IMG/VR virus record: IMGVR_UViG_3300029713_000009
Source: a virus
Strand: one strand, 5' to 3'
DNA: 61,678 nucleotides
The position numbers were made by a program, and so were the translations under genes. Below, piece after piece: positions 15,794 to 24,222 of the stretch (position 1 is the stretch's first letter; each line of letters starts with the position of its first letter). The notes under the pieces were generated by a model that ran no database searches, was not told the origin of the DNA, and saw nothing but the letters and a program-made list of their open reading frames with translations.

Positions 15794-16021
15794 ATGAATA
15801 TGGCAACAAAATATAAAATAAAACAACATGTGTGGTGTACAAACGAAAGGTATAAGTCGGAAGTTGGCGTTATCGCTGAAGTCGTGGAAGAAAAGGCTTC
15901 AGTTAAAACCAAAGATGGGCCACGTGAAGAAAACCTTTATTGTGTTATGCTCCATTATCCTAACGGGAAAATGTATTTCGAGGAATTTTTTGAATCAGAG
16001 TTAGAGTTAGTAGAACATTAA
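15794..16021 (+). CDS. Hypothetical protein
   Basis: 75-aa ORF. Confidence 0.5.
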   Translation: MNMATKYKIKQHVWCTNERYKSEVGVIAEVVEEKASVKTKDGPREENLYCVMLHYPNGKMYFEEFFESELELVEH

Positions 16022-16035
16022 TAAATAATGAATTT

Positions 16036-16314
16036 ATGGTATTATCTCCAGAAACAGTCAACGCCTACAAGGAACTGTTGACAAACCCCCAAAAACATGG
16101 CTTACAATTTAAGCCACTACATGAATGTTTTGAAGAAATAGAAGAAGTAACCCCCAAACATTTATTGTTTGAAGACTTCGCAAATTACCTTCAAAAGCCT
16201 TTGCCCAAAGTGATATTTTATATCATAATGGATGAATTGTACTCTCATCTGATAGATAAGGATGAGAAAACTAACAACTTAGGATATAGATTGAAATTGA
16301 TAGCAAAACAGTAA
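16036..16314 (+). CDS. Hypothetical protein
   Basis: 92-aa ORF. Confidence 0.5.
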   Translation: MVLSPETVNAYKELLTNPQKHGLQFKPLHECFEEIEEVTPKHLLFEDFANYLQKPLPKVIFYIIMDELYSHLIDKDEKTNNLGYRLKLIAKQ

Positions 16315-16320
16315 GAAATC

Positions 16321-16581
16321 ATGAGATTAAGACAAGCCAAGAAGATAATGAAAAACTTCCGGTTATATCCCGGGATGTTATGGCTGTATGGAACCCAAAG
16401 AGTCGGCAAAGCCAACAATATAGTGCTGCATCATTATTCTAGGGTGAAACCCGGAATAAAAGCATGGAACGCCTTAACGGAGAAAGATCCGCTATTGGCA
16501 TTAAGATTACTTAATGAATTTATCAAAAAAAATAAACAGGTGACATGGAAGAAAACATCAAAGAGAAAGCTATCAAACTAG
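16321..16581 (+). CDS. Hypothetical basic protein
   Basis: 86-aa ORF. Confidence 0.5.
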   Translation: MRLRQAKKIMKNFRLYPGMLWLYGTQRVGKANNIVLHHYSRVKPGIKAWNALTEKDPLLALRLLNEFIKKNKQVTWKKTSKRKLSN

Positions 16582-16763
16582 CTATAGAGGCTATGAGGCC
16601 CTTACCGGTAAACTCTTTCGCCGGATATTGCAGCGTAAGCGATGATCGGTCTCCGGAAGAGAAGCATAAAGATGACATGAGATTCTGCAAGGAGTTAAAC
16701 AAGCTTCAATCGGATATGCTCATAACCTTGGCCAGCAAGATAGAAACATTCCTTAATGGATAA
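16545..16763 (+). CDS. Hypothetical protein
   Basis: 72-aa ORF overlapping the previous ORF by 37 nt. Confidence 0.45.
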   Translation: MEENIKEKAIKLAIEAMRPLPVNSFAGYCSVSDDRSPEEKHKDDMRFCKELNKLQSDMLITLASKIETFLNG

Positions 16764-16894
16764 AAAAGAAAGGATATCGCTTGCTTTTCCGGGAAAATTC
16801 GTAAGTTCGCGGCGTCACATTACACATAGGCGCTGCAAGAGAGTAGGCCAGCAAAGATGAGAGAAGCATAAGCGGCTCCCATAATCCGTTCATA

Positions 16895-16974
16895 TATCTT
16901 TGCGATATGTGTGGTGTGACAACTTTTGGATTATGTGGGGTCGCTATTTTTTTATTCATCTAACTGTCACACCA
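16895..16974 (+). promoter_or_regulatory. Promoter box plus leader hairpin closing on the start codon
   Basis: TATCTTTG at 16895-16902; TGGTGTGACA (16912-16921) pairs with TGTCACACCA (16965-16974), which ends 1 nt before ATG 16976. Confidence 0.45.
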
Positions 16975-16975
16975 G

Positions 16976-17554
16976 ATGAAGCAAACAATTCTTACAAAAG
17001 AAAGTAGCACAGTAGAAATCAAACGCTACTTCATGGCAGTACTCAAGCTGTCAAAATCAGATCAAGAGTTCCCCGTGAACCTTGACGAGGTATACCCTTT
17101 AGTGTACAACAAGAGATCGGATGCCGTAGATGTCTTGCAGAAAACATTCATGCAAGATATTGACTATCAAGTTTTGAGGCAAAATCCGCAAAACCCAAAA
17201 GGTGGAAGGCCAAAGTTGGAGTATCTATTATCCGTTCCTTGCATGGAATTTTTTATCGCCCGGAAAATACGCCCAGTGTTCGAGGTATACCGGAAAGTCT
17301 TTCATACGACTGTCGCTAAAAACGCATCGACTACATTGGAAGGGAAAAAGATTCAAGAACTAAAGAAGGATATATCAATGTTAGAGAACCGCCTCAAATG
17401 GACCAAGATCACCTCTCAACAAGAAACCGATCTCAAAAACTCCTGCTTCTTTTATCTTGTCGGGAAAGGCTTATACACCGAATGGCACGAGTGGAATCAA
17501 GAACGGATAACTAAAAGGATTACGGAAGAGATCAAGAGATCGTTAAACAGTTGA
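16976..17554 (+). CDS. AntA/AntB-like antirepressor-family protein, paralog 1
   Basis: ..GGRPKLEYLLSVPCMEFFIARKIRPVFEVYRKVF.. pattern; N-terminal ~110 aa shared with the next gene. Confidence 0.5.
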   Translation: MKQTILTKESSTVEIKRYFMAVLKLSKSDQEFPVNLDEVYPLVYNKRSDAVDVLQKTFMQDIDYQVLRQNPQNPKGGRPKLEYLLSVPCMEFFIARKIRPVFEVYRKVFHTTVAKNASTTLEGKKIQELKKDISMLENRLKWTKITSQQETDLKNSCFFYLVGKGLYTEWHEWNQERITKRITEEIKRSLNS

Positions 17555-17574
17555 ATTTTAAAATTTAGATTATT

Positions 17575-18342
17575 ATGGAATCAAAATTAATATTATCAAA
17601 GAATAGTAGTGAGAATGAAATAAAACGTTATTTCAAGGCCGTGTTAAAGTTGTCGCAATCTGATGACGAGTTTCCAATCAATCTTGACGAAGTTTGGCCG
17701 TTAGTCTATTCTGAAAAAGGGAAGGCCGTTAGAGCATTGACTTCAAATGAACAATTTATTGAGGGAGTTGATTACAAGACGCTTGCCCAAAATGGCAAGC
17801 AAGATGAAGCAAGTTGGGGAGGAAACAATAAGATTGACTATAAACTTACAGTTTCATGTATGGAGTTCTTTATAGCAAGAAAGGTAAGGCCCGTTTTCGA
17901 AGTGTATAGAAAGGTCTTTCATAAATCAGCGGAACAAACGCTATCACTATCCGACAAAATGAAGGCGGCTTCGTGGGCGGCTAAGTTCCTAAACTTAAAC
18001 GATAGCTCAAAATTACTCATGGCAAAGCGGATACTTGATCCATTGGGCTTGCCTACTCCGGACTACACGGGATCCAAGGATCAATTATTATCAGCCACCG
18101 AACTTCTGGGAATTAACGGATTAAAAATATCCGCACAGGCATTTAACGCAAGAATGACCGCAAAGGGATTGTTAACGACCTTGCAACGACAATCCAGCAA
18201 AGGCATGAAGAAATTCAAATCCTTGACAGCGGACGGACTTAAATATGGGGAGAATCAAGTAAACCCTAATAATCCCAAAGAAACACAACCCTTGTATTAC
18301 ACTCATCTATTCAGTGGGTTATTAAGCGATATTGGGCTATAA
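17575..18342 (+). CDS. AntA/AntB-like antirepressor-family protein, paralog 2
   Basis: Same N-terminal domain (EIKRYFKAVLKLSQSDDEFPINLDEVWPLVY..DYKLTVSCMEFFIARKVRPVFEVYRKVFH) with a different C-terminus. Confidence 0.5.
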   Translation: MESKLILSKNSSENEIKRYFKAVLKLSQSDDEFPINLDEVWPLVYSEKGKAVRALTSNEQFIEGVDYKTLAQNGKQDEASWGGNNKIDYKLTVSCMEFFIARKVRPVFEVYRKVFHKSAEQTLSLSDKMKAASWAAKFLNLNDSSKLLMAKRILDPLGLPTPDYTGSKDQLLSATELLGINGLKISAQAFNARMTAKGLLTTLQRQSSKGMKKFKSLTADGLKYGENQVNPNNPKETQPLYYTHLFSGLLSDIGL

Positions 18343-18483
18343 CAGGCACATCAAGTGCCGTATCCGGGCCATCACCTCATAGAGGTTGACAGGCTCGAAA
18401 TCCAAGGAATCCGTGAGGCGGTCTATCTCCCGTCTTGCGGATTCCTTCTTTGCGTGTCCTTTATTTTTGGTTTTCTTAGTCAT
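18337..18483 (-). CDS. Small basic hypothetical protein
   Basis: 48-aa version (internal ATG) of ORF 18337-18555; start overlaps the upstream stop by 8 nt. Confidence 0.35.
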   Translation of the reverse strand: MTKKTKNKGHAKKESARREIDRLTDSLDFEPVNLYEVMARIRHLMCLL

Positions 18484-18967
18484 CCATGGCACACATATAA
18501 ATCCAGACCTTGCCTTCCGGAGCGTCATCATCCATGAAGTAGAAATTAATAGCATCCTCGATGATCTTTTTCTCGGCGTCCGGGCCGAACCATTCCGTGA
18601 ACTTCACTTCTTTGTCGTGCCACGCTGAATTTAGCGCAACGTAAACATCCCAAATATTAGCGTTGCCCGGTACGCTCATGCCTTTAGCGACGGCGGTTAC
18701 TTGCTGGATGTTCCAGTGCTCACCCTTATCCTCCCCCGACTTGCCTTTATGGTGCATTGCCGCCACGTCCATCTTAGCGAAATGCTCATTATAATGAGGA
18801 CCGCAAAAAACCTCATGTATATCACGTATGGTCTCGTCATACGTGTCGGGATCTTTCTCTTTTAGACATTCCATCGCCTCGTCCAGCTCGCATATGGCCT
18901 CCCACATCTTTTTTTCGGATACCATCCCTTTTGAGTGGTAATCCTTCATCAGTTCTTTGTAACGCAT
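18476..18967 (-). CDS. Hypothetical protein
   Basis: 163-aa ORF; last large gene of the G+C-richer cassette. Confidence 0.6.
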   Translation of the reverse strand: MRYKELMKDYHSKGMVSEKKMWEAICELDEAMECLKEKDPDTYDETIRDIHEVFCGPHYNEHFAKMDVAAMHHKGKSGEDKGEHWNIQQVTAVAKGMSVPGNANIWDVYVALNSAWHDKEVKFTEWFGPDAEKKIIEDAINFYFMDDDAPEGKVWIYMCAMDD

Positions 18968-18993
18968 GATCTTGCATTTTAAACATTAATGAA

Positions 18994-19410
18994 TCAAGCG
19001 CCGGGAGCCGCTGGAAAGGTAGCGGAAATAGTCAATGGGGTAGCCAAACTTACACCGTAGGCACGGTTACAACACTTGACGTTCTCGGGCGTGACTTGGG
19101 TGACGAGAGGGGTAAGAGATATCGTGGGAACAGCACCAGCGGCCCCGATAAAAGCTACCTTGAATTGCTCGACCCATTGCTTGGTAACCGTCCTGCAGGA
19201 TCCCTTGGGCGTATAAGCCACAAGTACAGCGGCATTGATCGTAACCGTCGTTTGCGTATTCACCGTACTTTGCTCGGCGACGGTGAAATTGACTATGCCG
19301 GTAGGCTGTACGCCATTGTCTGCGCAATAGGCCTGACATAAATTCTCCACTACATTAGTCAAGTATTGTTGGCTGGTAGCGGCGATCGCAATTGGTGTTA
19401 ATTGAATCAT
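18994..19410 (-). CDS. Hypothetical Cys-containing protein
   Basis: 138 aa, Thr/Val/Ala-rich, CxxxC and CC motifs. Confidence 0.6.
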   Translation of the reverse strand: MIQLTPIAIAATSQQYLTNVVENLCQAYCADNGVQPTGIVNFTVAEQSTVNTQTTVTINAAVLVAYTPKGSCRTVTKQWVEQFKVAFIGAAGAVPTISLTPLVTQVTPENVKCCNRAYGVSLATPLTISATFPAAPGA

Positions 19411-19432
19411 GATCGTAATTATTATTGATTAT

Positions 19433-19903
19433 TTATTTATCCACATCATCACCTTGTGGAATAGGTTCCTCTGTCAATACCTCGTATGAGCCGGTCTTTT
19501 CCGGGACCGGAAGATTGTAACGCAACAACATCCTTAGTTCCTCCAAGTCATCGGTCTCGAACTCGACCTTTCCCTCAAACAGGGAAAGCCCGCCGTTTCT
19601 TATAGCGTCCTCCACCACCTTGTGCGCCAACTCCGGGATAGCCTCATCGGGGATGCCTTGAAGGTACCGAGCCAACATCGGCTCAATTAATGAGGATGAC
19701 AATCCGTCTAGCAATGGGGATATCTCCTTGGATATGCTCCACATGGGACTTACCCAACCCGTGGAGCGTAACTTAGCGTCTATGTTCGCTATGAAAGGAA
19801 GTTGTCCCAACCGAGTTCCCAAGAGACCTTGGATAGCGGGCTGTGCCCACTTATTGAGCACAGCCGCCAGTTTTTGAGCGTTAGAGTACATGGCCATCAT
19901 CAA
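19433..19903 (-). CDS. Hypothetical protein
   Basis: 156-aa ORF; ATGA overlap with the upstream gene. Confidence 0.6.
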   Translation of the reverse strand: MMMAMYSNAQKLAAVLNKWAQPAIQGLLGTRLGQLPFIANIDAKLRSTGWVSPMWSISKEISPLLDGLSSSLIEPMLARYLQGIPDEAIPELAHKVVEDAIRNGGLSLFEGKVEFETDDLEELRMLLRYNLPVPEKTGSYEVLTEEPIPQGDDVDK

Positions 19904-20400
19904 TTACATCCGCAACATCCCGTATCACAAACCTTACGCTGCGGGATCACCAACTCGCTCAATGCCGCTAGATCCGCGATCTGCTGTTGCATGCATTTCA
20001 ATGTAGCGGTGTTAGTCCCATTGTAAACGGCTTGGTTCATGTTAATTGAGGCTTGTTCCTCCTTGTTCCTGTTGATGATTGTCAACAAGCGGTCATAAAC
20101 ATCCGCCAACTTTTGGTCAGTGTAAGTGTTGGATTTCAACAAGGCGATCTCAGAGTCCTTAGCGGAAATCTTATCCATCATCCCAGCCTCATAGCGGGAA
20201 ATAGGCCTGTCTTCGGATGTGATTACCTCAACCGGACCGCCATATCCAGCGTTCCTTACGTTGCCACAACCACCCAAAAGATTCCCGGCGTTCAATCCCA
20301 AGAAAGAAGCGATACCTGCGGAAGCTCCCACGGTGTTGTAATTACCTTGGCCTTGCCCGGTGACACTGTACTCCTCACCATTCATTCCTTTAATTCTCAT
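19900..20400 (-). CDS. Hypothetical Gly-rich / coiled-coil protein with C-terminal CDTGCCGCN
   Basis: 166 aa; Gly-rich N-terminus, central heptad-like region, five Cys in the last nine residues. Confidence 0.6.
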   Translation of the reverse strand: MRIKGMNGEEYSVTGQGQGNYNTVGASAGIASFLGLNAGNLLGGCGNVRNAGYGGPVEVITSEDRPISRYEAGMMDKISAKDSEIALLKSNTYTDQKLADVYDRLLTIINRNKEEQASINMNQAVYNGTNTATLKCMQQQIADLAALSELVIPQRKVCDTGCCGCN

Positions 20401-20484
20401 AACCTAGATTTTTTAATGATCATATCCGGGTTATCCCGGACACCACAAAAATCCAGAGAAGTGCTCTGCTAAATAAATATCTCC

Positions 20485-20513
20485 TTGCTAGCTTGTTGCG
20501 AGGTTGTTGCTAG
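20485..20513 (-). promoter_or_regulatory. Repeat cluster upstream of the Cys-rich cassette
   Basis: + strand TTGCTAG-C-TTGTTGC-GAGG-TTGTTGC-TAG (nested direct repeats, GCTAGC palindrome), between a terminator and gene 19900-20400. Confidence 0.35.
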
Positions 20514-20536
20514 TTCTTTGCGGAAGGGGATGACAC

Positions 20537-20570
20537 AAAAAAAGCGCCGCCAATTTGTGTTGACGACGCT
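20537..20570 (-). terminator. Intrinsic terminator after the GHKL/STAS cassette
   Basis: Minus strand AGCGTCGTC-AACACAAATT-GGCGGCGCT followed by TTTTTTT. Confidence 0.7.
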
Positions 20571-20588
20571 TATTGTTGTTTAAACCTT

Positions 20589-20795
20589 TCAAACTAAAGG
20601 CATATACAACGCTTGATTTTTATGGTTGGTACTTTTTATTTCTACCGGTTCCACCTGTTTCCAATACATGCATTGTAGCGTGTTTGGACTAGATATATGT
20701 TTCACTTTATTTCTATCTGAGTATTTATCAAAACTATTCCTTTCTAGGAATTCATCATACTCCTTGGCTATTTTTGGTTCATCTAAATTTTTCAT
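20589..20795 (-). CDS. Small hypothetical protein, third gene of the GHKL/STAS cassette
   Basis: 68-aa version (MKNLDEPK..) of ORF 20589-20894; the longer form would overlap the upstream gene. Confidence 0.4.
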   Translation of the reverse strand: MKNLDEPKIAKEYDEFLERNSFDKYSDRNKVKHISSPNTLQCMYWKQVEPVEIKSTNHKNQALYMPLV

Positions 20796-20826
20796 ATCAT
20801 TCTCTTTTATATAACATGGAATAATT

Positions 20827-21186
20827 TTATATGGTAGACAGGAACTCTGACAATGAATCCATGTCCGAAAATTCTTTAACCTCACTGTCCTCATGCATAT
20901 TCCTCGGTTTATTTCTATTGCCTTTTACTATTTTCATCATCAGATCTATAGAGTCGCACTCATTTTCCATAGATACCCTCACTTTATCTAAGGCCAATGC
21001 CTCTATTGTATTGCATAACTCATCCGCAAATGATCGAGACATAAAGTATACATCCTTAAAATCAATGCGTACACATGGACTATTCAAATCCTTAGCCCTC
21101 ATATAGATTTTTTTAGCTTCTGTCCTAGAACGAAGCTCTCCCCTTATCAATTCTGATATCACAATTGTCTTTTCCATGACCTTCAT
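20827..21186 (-). CDS. STAS-like (DUF4325-type) protein
   Basis: ..RSRTEAKKIY....VRIDFKDVYFMSRSFADELCNTI.. matches the DUF4325 pattern (DF.gV..iS.SFaDE); ATGA overlap with the ATPase gene. Confidence 0.6.
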   Translation of the reverse strand: MKVMEKTIVISELIRGELRSRTEAKKIYMRAKDLNSPCVRIDFKDVYFMSRSFADELCNTIEALALDKVRVSMENECDSIDLMMKIVKGNRNKPRNMHEDSEVKEFSDMDSLSEFLSTI

Positions 21187-22118
21187 TCTAAATATTCATA
21201 AAAATTAAACATCCTTTCCTCTTTATATGGTATCCTTAATGCCACTATAGTTCCATCCCATTTTATATAATTAGGAAGTCCTATATATGATGTCTCTTCC
21301 TCAGACATAAGATGAAACGCTTGCCCAGACAGCAAAAAATATGTTCCTCCAAGTCCCTTAGACAACATTCTCTTGCAAGTACTTATACCATAACCACGAT
21401 TCTCGGTATCTGGCAAATTTTTAGTCGATATACCCTTTCCAGCGCTTTTTAAAGCCTCCACATCATTAGTTATACCTTCTTTGCCAGATTTGACATAACT
21501 TCCCAGTATACTTATACCATTATCCGCTATGCAAATGTCTATATAGTTCTTTGACGGATAATACTGAGCAAATATATAACCAAATTCACTCTCTGAATGT
21601 TCAGATATATTGTCTATCGTTTCAGTCAGCATATAAGATAAAGCCTTTCTCAACTCTCCTTCAATATTTAGTTGCCTTATCATTATATTCTCCGCAACAG
21701 ATAGTATATCGTTTTTTATACTATCCTTGCTCTTACATCCCGGGAACTTTATTATAGGAATATATTTTTTCATAGAAAAATATTCCATATAATTATGAAA
21801 ATCACCTACATCGGCTGCTACTACACCTCCCTCGAAATGAATAGAGTCAAGATAGCTTTTAACACTATCCGATATATTCCTGCAAACCACATTCTTACCG
21901 CATTTATCCCGATAAAGCATAAGAGGCAATAAGAAAAATGGAGTCACAAATGCCGTATATTGGAAGTTCCATATGAAATCATCATCATCAGAATTCTCCA
22001 TTTTCAAGATTATCCTGAATAAATGATTAAAGGCTTCTCCTATCCTAATATCATTTACCGCATGTGGCATATATATTTCCATAATGCAACTTTTCGTATA
22101 CAACAAAGCCTCTGCCAA
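21183..22118 (-). CDS. GHKL (Bergerat-fold) ATPase, anti-sigma-factor-kinase-like
   Basis: N-box ETIDNISEH, G1 ADNGISI, G2 NRGYGIST; ~150-aa N-terminal domain of unknown type; start uncertain (ATG at M13 or M17 possible). Confidence 0.65.
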   Translation of the reverse strand: MAEALLYTKSCIMEIYMPHAVNDIRIGEAFNHLFRIILKMENSDDDDFIWNFQYTAFVTPFFLLPLMLYRDKCGKNVVCRNISDSVKSYLDSIHFEGGVVAADVGDFHNYMEYFSMKKYIPIIKFPGCKSKDSIKNDILSVAENIMIRQLNIEGELRKALSYMLTETIDNISEHSESEFGYIFAQYYPSKNYIDICIADNGISILGSYVKSGKEGITNDVEALKSAGKGISTKNLPDTENRGYGISTCKRMLSKGLGGTYFLLSGQAFHLMSEEETSYIGLPNYIKWDGTIVALRIPYKEERMFNFYEYLE

Positions 22119-22235
22119 GGCTGGTTACTTGACGAGGCTATAAAAATCACCTTTTGTTCCGCAAAGGTCGCACAAAATTTTGTTATATGAAAATTTTTTC
22201 ATAGACAAATCACATGTCATATAACATAACACGCC

Positions 22236-22532
22236 TCAGACCGTACCGGATAGCTCCTCTTTAACACTCTCCACCGTCCTCCTCAAATAGTAACTCCTCC
22301 TTATCCTGTCCGGGTACAAGTTACGCATCCTGTTGACCGCCTGCCTCGTCATCCCCGTCAGATCGGATATGATATTGTCGCTCAACTTGCGATCGGCCAG
22401 TATCGTTATAGCCACTCCCCTAGCGTCAACATTGCGCTCCTTGTTGTTGCTAAACATCATTACCGGATCGGTCCCGCACTCCTTGCATACCGCCTCTATC
22501 ACTTTCTTGTAAAAAATTTCAACCTTATTCAT
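22236..22532 (-). CDS. Small HTH protein resembling the DnaA C-terminal domain
   Basis: 98 aa; ..KERNVDARGVAITILADRKLSDNIISDLTGMTRQAVNRM.. Confidence 0.45.
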   Translation of the reverse strand: MNKVEIFYKKVIEAVCKECGTDPVMMFSNNKERNVDARGVAITILADRKLSDNIISDLTGMTRQAVNRMRNLYPDRIRRSYYLRRTVESVKEELSGTV

Positions 22533-22689
22533 GAACTTTTTATTTCGTGGTTTGTTTTACTATCAAAGCCGGGCACAAAAAATGCACGGCAGAAGAAATA
22601 AGAATCTCTCCCGTCGTGCAGCGATAATTAAAACAAACTTCCGATCCGTTTTAATTCGTGGGGAGATTCTTTCTCTTTATCTCCCCGCC

Positions 22690-22708
22690 AACTCATCCTC
22701 ACGGAGTC
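22690..22708 (-). ncRNA. Conserved hairpin motif, reduced copy 3
   Basis: Minus strand GACTC-CGTGAGGAT-GAGTT; shares the TCCGTGAGGAT core with copies 1 and 2. Confidence 0.4.
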
Positions 22709-22737
22709 ATTGGATAACACTATGTATCAATATTAAA

Positions 22738-23217
22738 TCACCCTCTATTTTTAATGATCCACCATAACATGGCCGCAATCATTCCTCCTACCAACAGATA
22801 CCACCATACCCTAGGATGGATAAGCCTCGTTTCCTTATCCACGTTTATCGTTTCTCTCTCATCGGTAACTACCGTCTCATTATTTGTCCTCACCTCTGTC
22901 ATATCAGATCCGGACGAAACGATCTTCTCGCCTGATTCCTCTCGCTCCTTTCCTATGGTTATATCGGATGTCTTGACAGGATATATGTTCCCCACGCTGT
23001 CTGGAGAAGACCACTCCACGACCAAGATCCGGGCGCTCAATCTCTCGTTAGATAATATCCGCTCTATGGCCGAAAGGCTGTCTTTTTTAAAGATACTATC
23101 CGATAGACTGACACTTGTAGTGGCATGCCTCTCCGTATCCGTGGATTTCTTGGAAGTTCCACAGGCACAGAGAAGGCATAACAATATGACGAACCATATT
23201 TTCATAGTAGATTCCAC
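22738..23217 (-). CDS. Unimolecular spanin candidate (lipoprotein with C-terminal TM)
   Basis: MKIWFVILLCLLCAC lipobox-like signal (likely start at 23205) and C-terminal VWWYLLVGGMIAAMLWWII; last gene of the lysis cluster. Confidence 0.5.
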   Translation of the reverse strand: MESTMKIWFVILLCLLCACGTSKKSTDTERHATTSVSLSDSIFKKDSLSAIERILSNERLSARILVVEWSSPDSVGNIYPVKTSDITIGKEREESGEKIVSSGSDMTEVRTNNETVVTDERETINVDKETRLIHPRVWWYLLVGGMIAAMLWWIIKNRG

Positions 23218-23612
23218 CCTGCTATAACATCCGACATATCGGCCTCCCTCCCATTCTCCACCTTGCTCATCCCGGCGACAATCCGGGTCATTTGCTCACG
23301 ATCATTCAAATTGATAGGATCATCAGCCGGGATGCCGGCATAATCGGATACGGCCTTAATGTAGGCCTCCGTATCATTCTCGTTTTCCGGCGCCCAGCGA
23401 CCTATCATCTTGCGGATCGTGTCAAGTTTATAGTTTCGATAGTAGTTCGACAAGATCTTAAAGATCGCCCGATAGCCATACGTCATCATCTCGAACTGCT
23501 TAAACGATTTGTCCTTGCTCGGTCTAACCTCGCCTTGAAATAGATCGCTGTTGATCCGGATGTTTCCGGGGTTACATAGACGCAACCCTCTCGGTAATTT
23601 TTTCTCTGCCAT
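23202..23612 (-). CDS. Endolysin candidate (NPGNIR family, often annotated structural protein P5)
   Basis: ..RGLRLCNPGNIR..F..F....YGYRA....L..Y......TIRKMIGRWAPENEND.. ; sits between holin-like genes and the spanin candidate. Confidence 0.45.
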   Translation of the reverse strand: MAEKKLPRGLRLCNPGNIRINSDLFQGEVRPSKDKSFKQFEMMTYGYRAIFKILSNYYRNYKLDTIRKMIGRWAPENENDTEAYIKAVSDYAGIPADDPINLNDREQMTRIVAGMSKVENGREADMSDVIAGWNLL

Positions 23613-23705
23613 TGTTATTTGATTTTATTCGTATATTTGTGACGCTTTGTTAACCTTGCTATCCTTCCTTGTGAGAGGCGGGAAGCGAAAATTTATCCGG
23701 CTCCC

Positions 23706-24197
23706 CTATCTTCTTGGATCTGGGGAGCCTTTTTTATTCTTTGTCTTGTTATACTCATCCAAGAAATTGACCTTGCTGATAAATTTCACGGCGGCAACCC
23801 AATACAAGAAGGCTATCACCTTGTTATCCGGGAATACCTTGCCCATGTTCTTTAAGACATTGGTCCCGTAAAACCATATCATCGCCCACGTAATCCAAGA
23901 CACGAAAGCCTTGGCGTTATCCTTCGATATATCCATCATCACGCCTATCCAGAACGAGATGATTATGATCAGGAAATAGACTAGCATGTACACCCAGCTA
24001 CGGATGAACTTGCTCTTCCGGAAATCCCCGTGATCCGCAGCCAGCCCCCAGAACGTGTCTATGAAGGCCAATGATAGGATCACGACCAAGAAGTTCTCGA
24101 TTGGAGACATGAAGTCTAGCATTGTCACCACGGCGGCTATCGCCATTGTCTTTAACCAGTTGCCCGCTTCTAGCAGGTAGGGGATGTATCTATCCAT
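23706..24197 (-). CDS. Holin-like multi-pass membrane protein
   Basis: 163 aa; about four hydrophobic segments; ..AFIDTFWGLAADHGDFRKSKF.. motif. Confidence 0.45.
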   Translation of the reverse strand: MDRYIPYLLEAGNWLKTMAIAAVVTMLDFMSPIENFLVVILSLAFIDTFWGLAADHGDFRKSKFIRSWVYMLVYFLIIIISFWIGVMMDISKDNAKAFVSWITWAMIWFYGTNVLKNMGKVFPDNKVIAFLYWVAAVKFISKVNFLDEYNKTKNKKGSPDPRR

Positions 24198-24222
24198 TCT
24201 TCCGATCCTTTTTTTTATTTAG

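Noticed and set aside
16753-16959. 68-aa - strand ORF in the gap before the AntA-like genes.
   Set aside because: It overlaps the predicted promoter and leader hairpin of the + strand operon, lies opposite to all neighbours and has no support from context.
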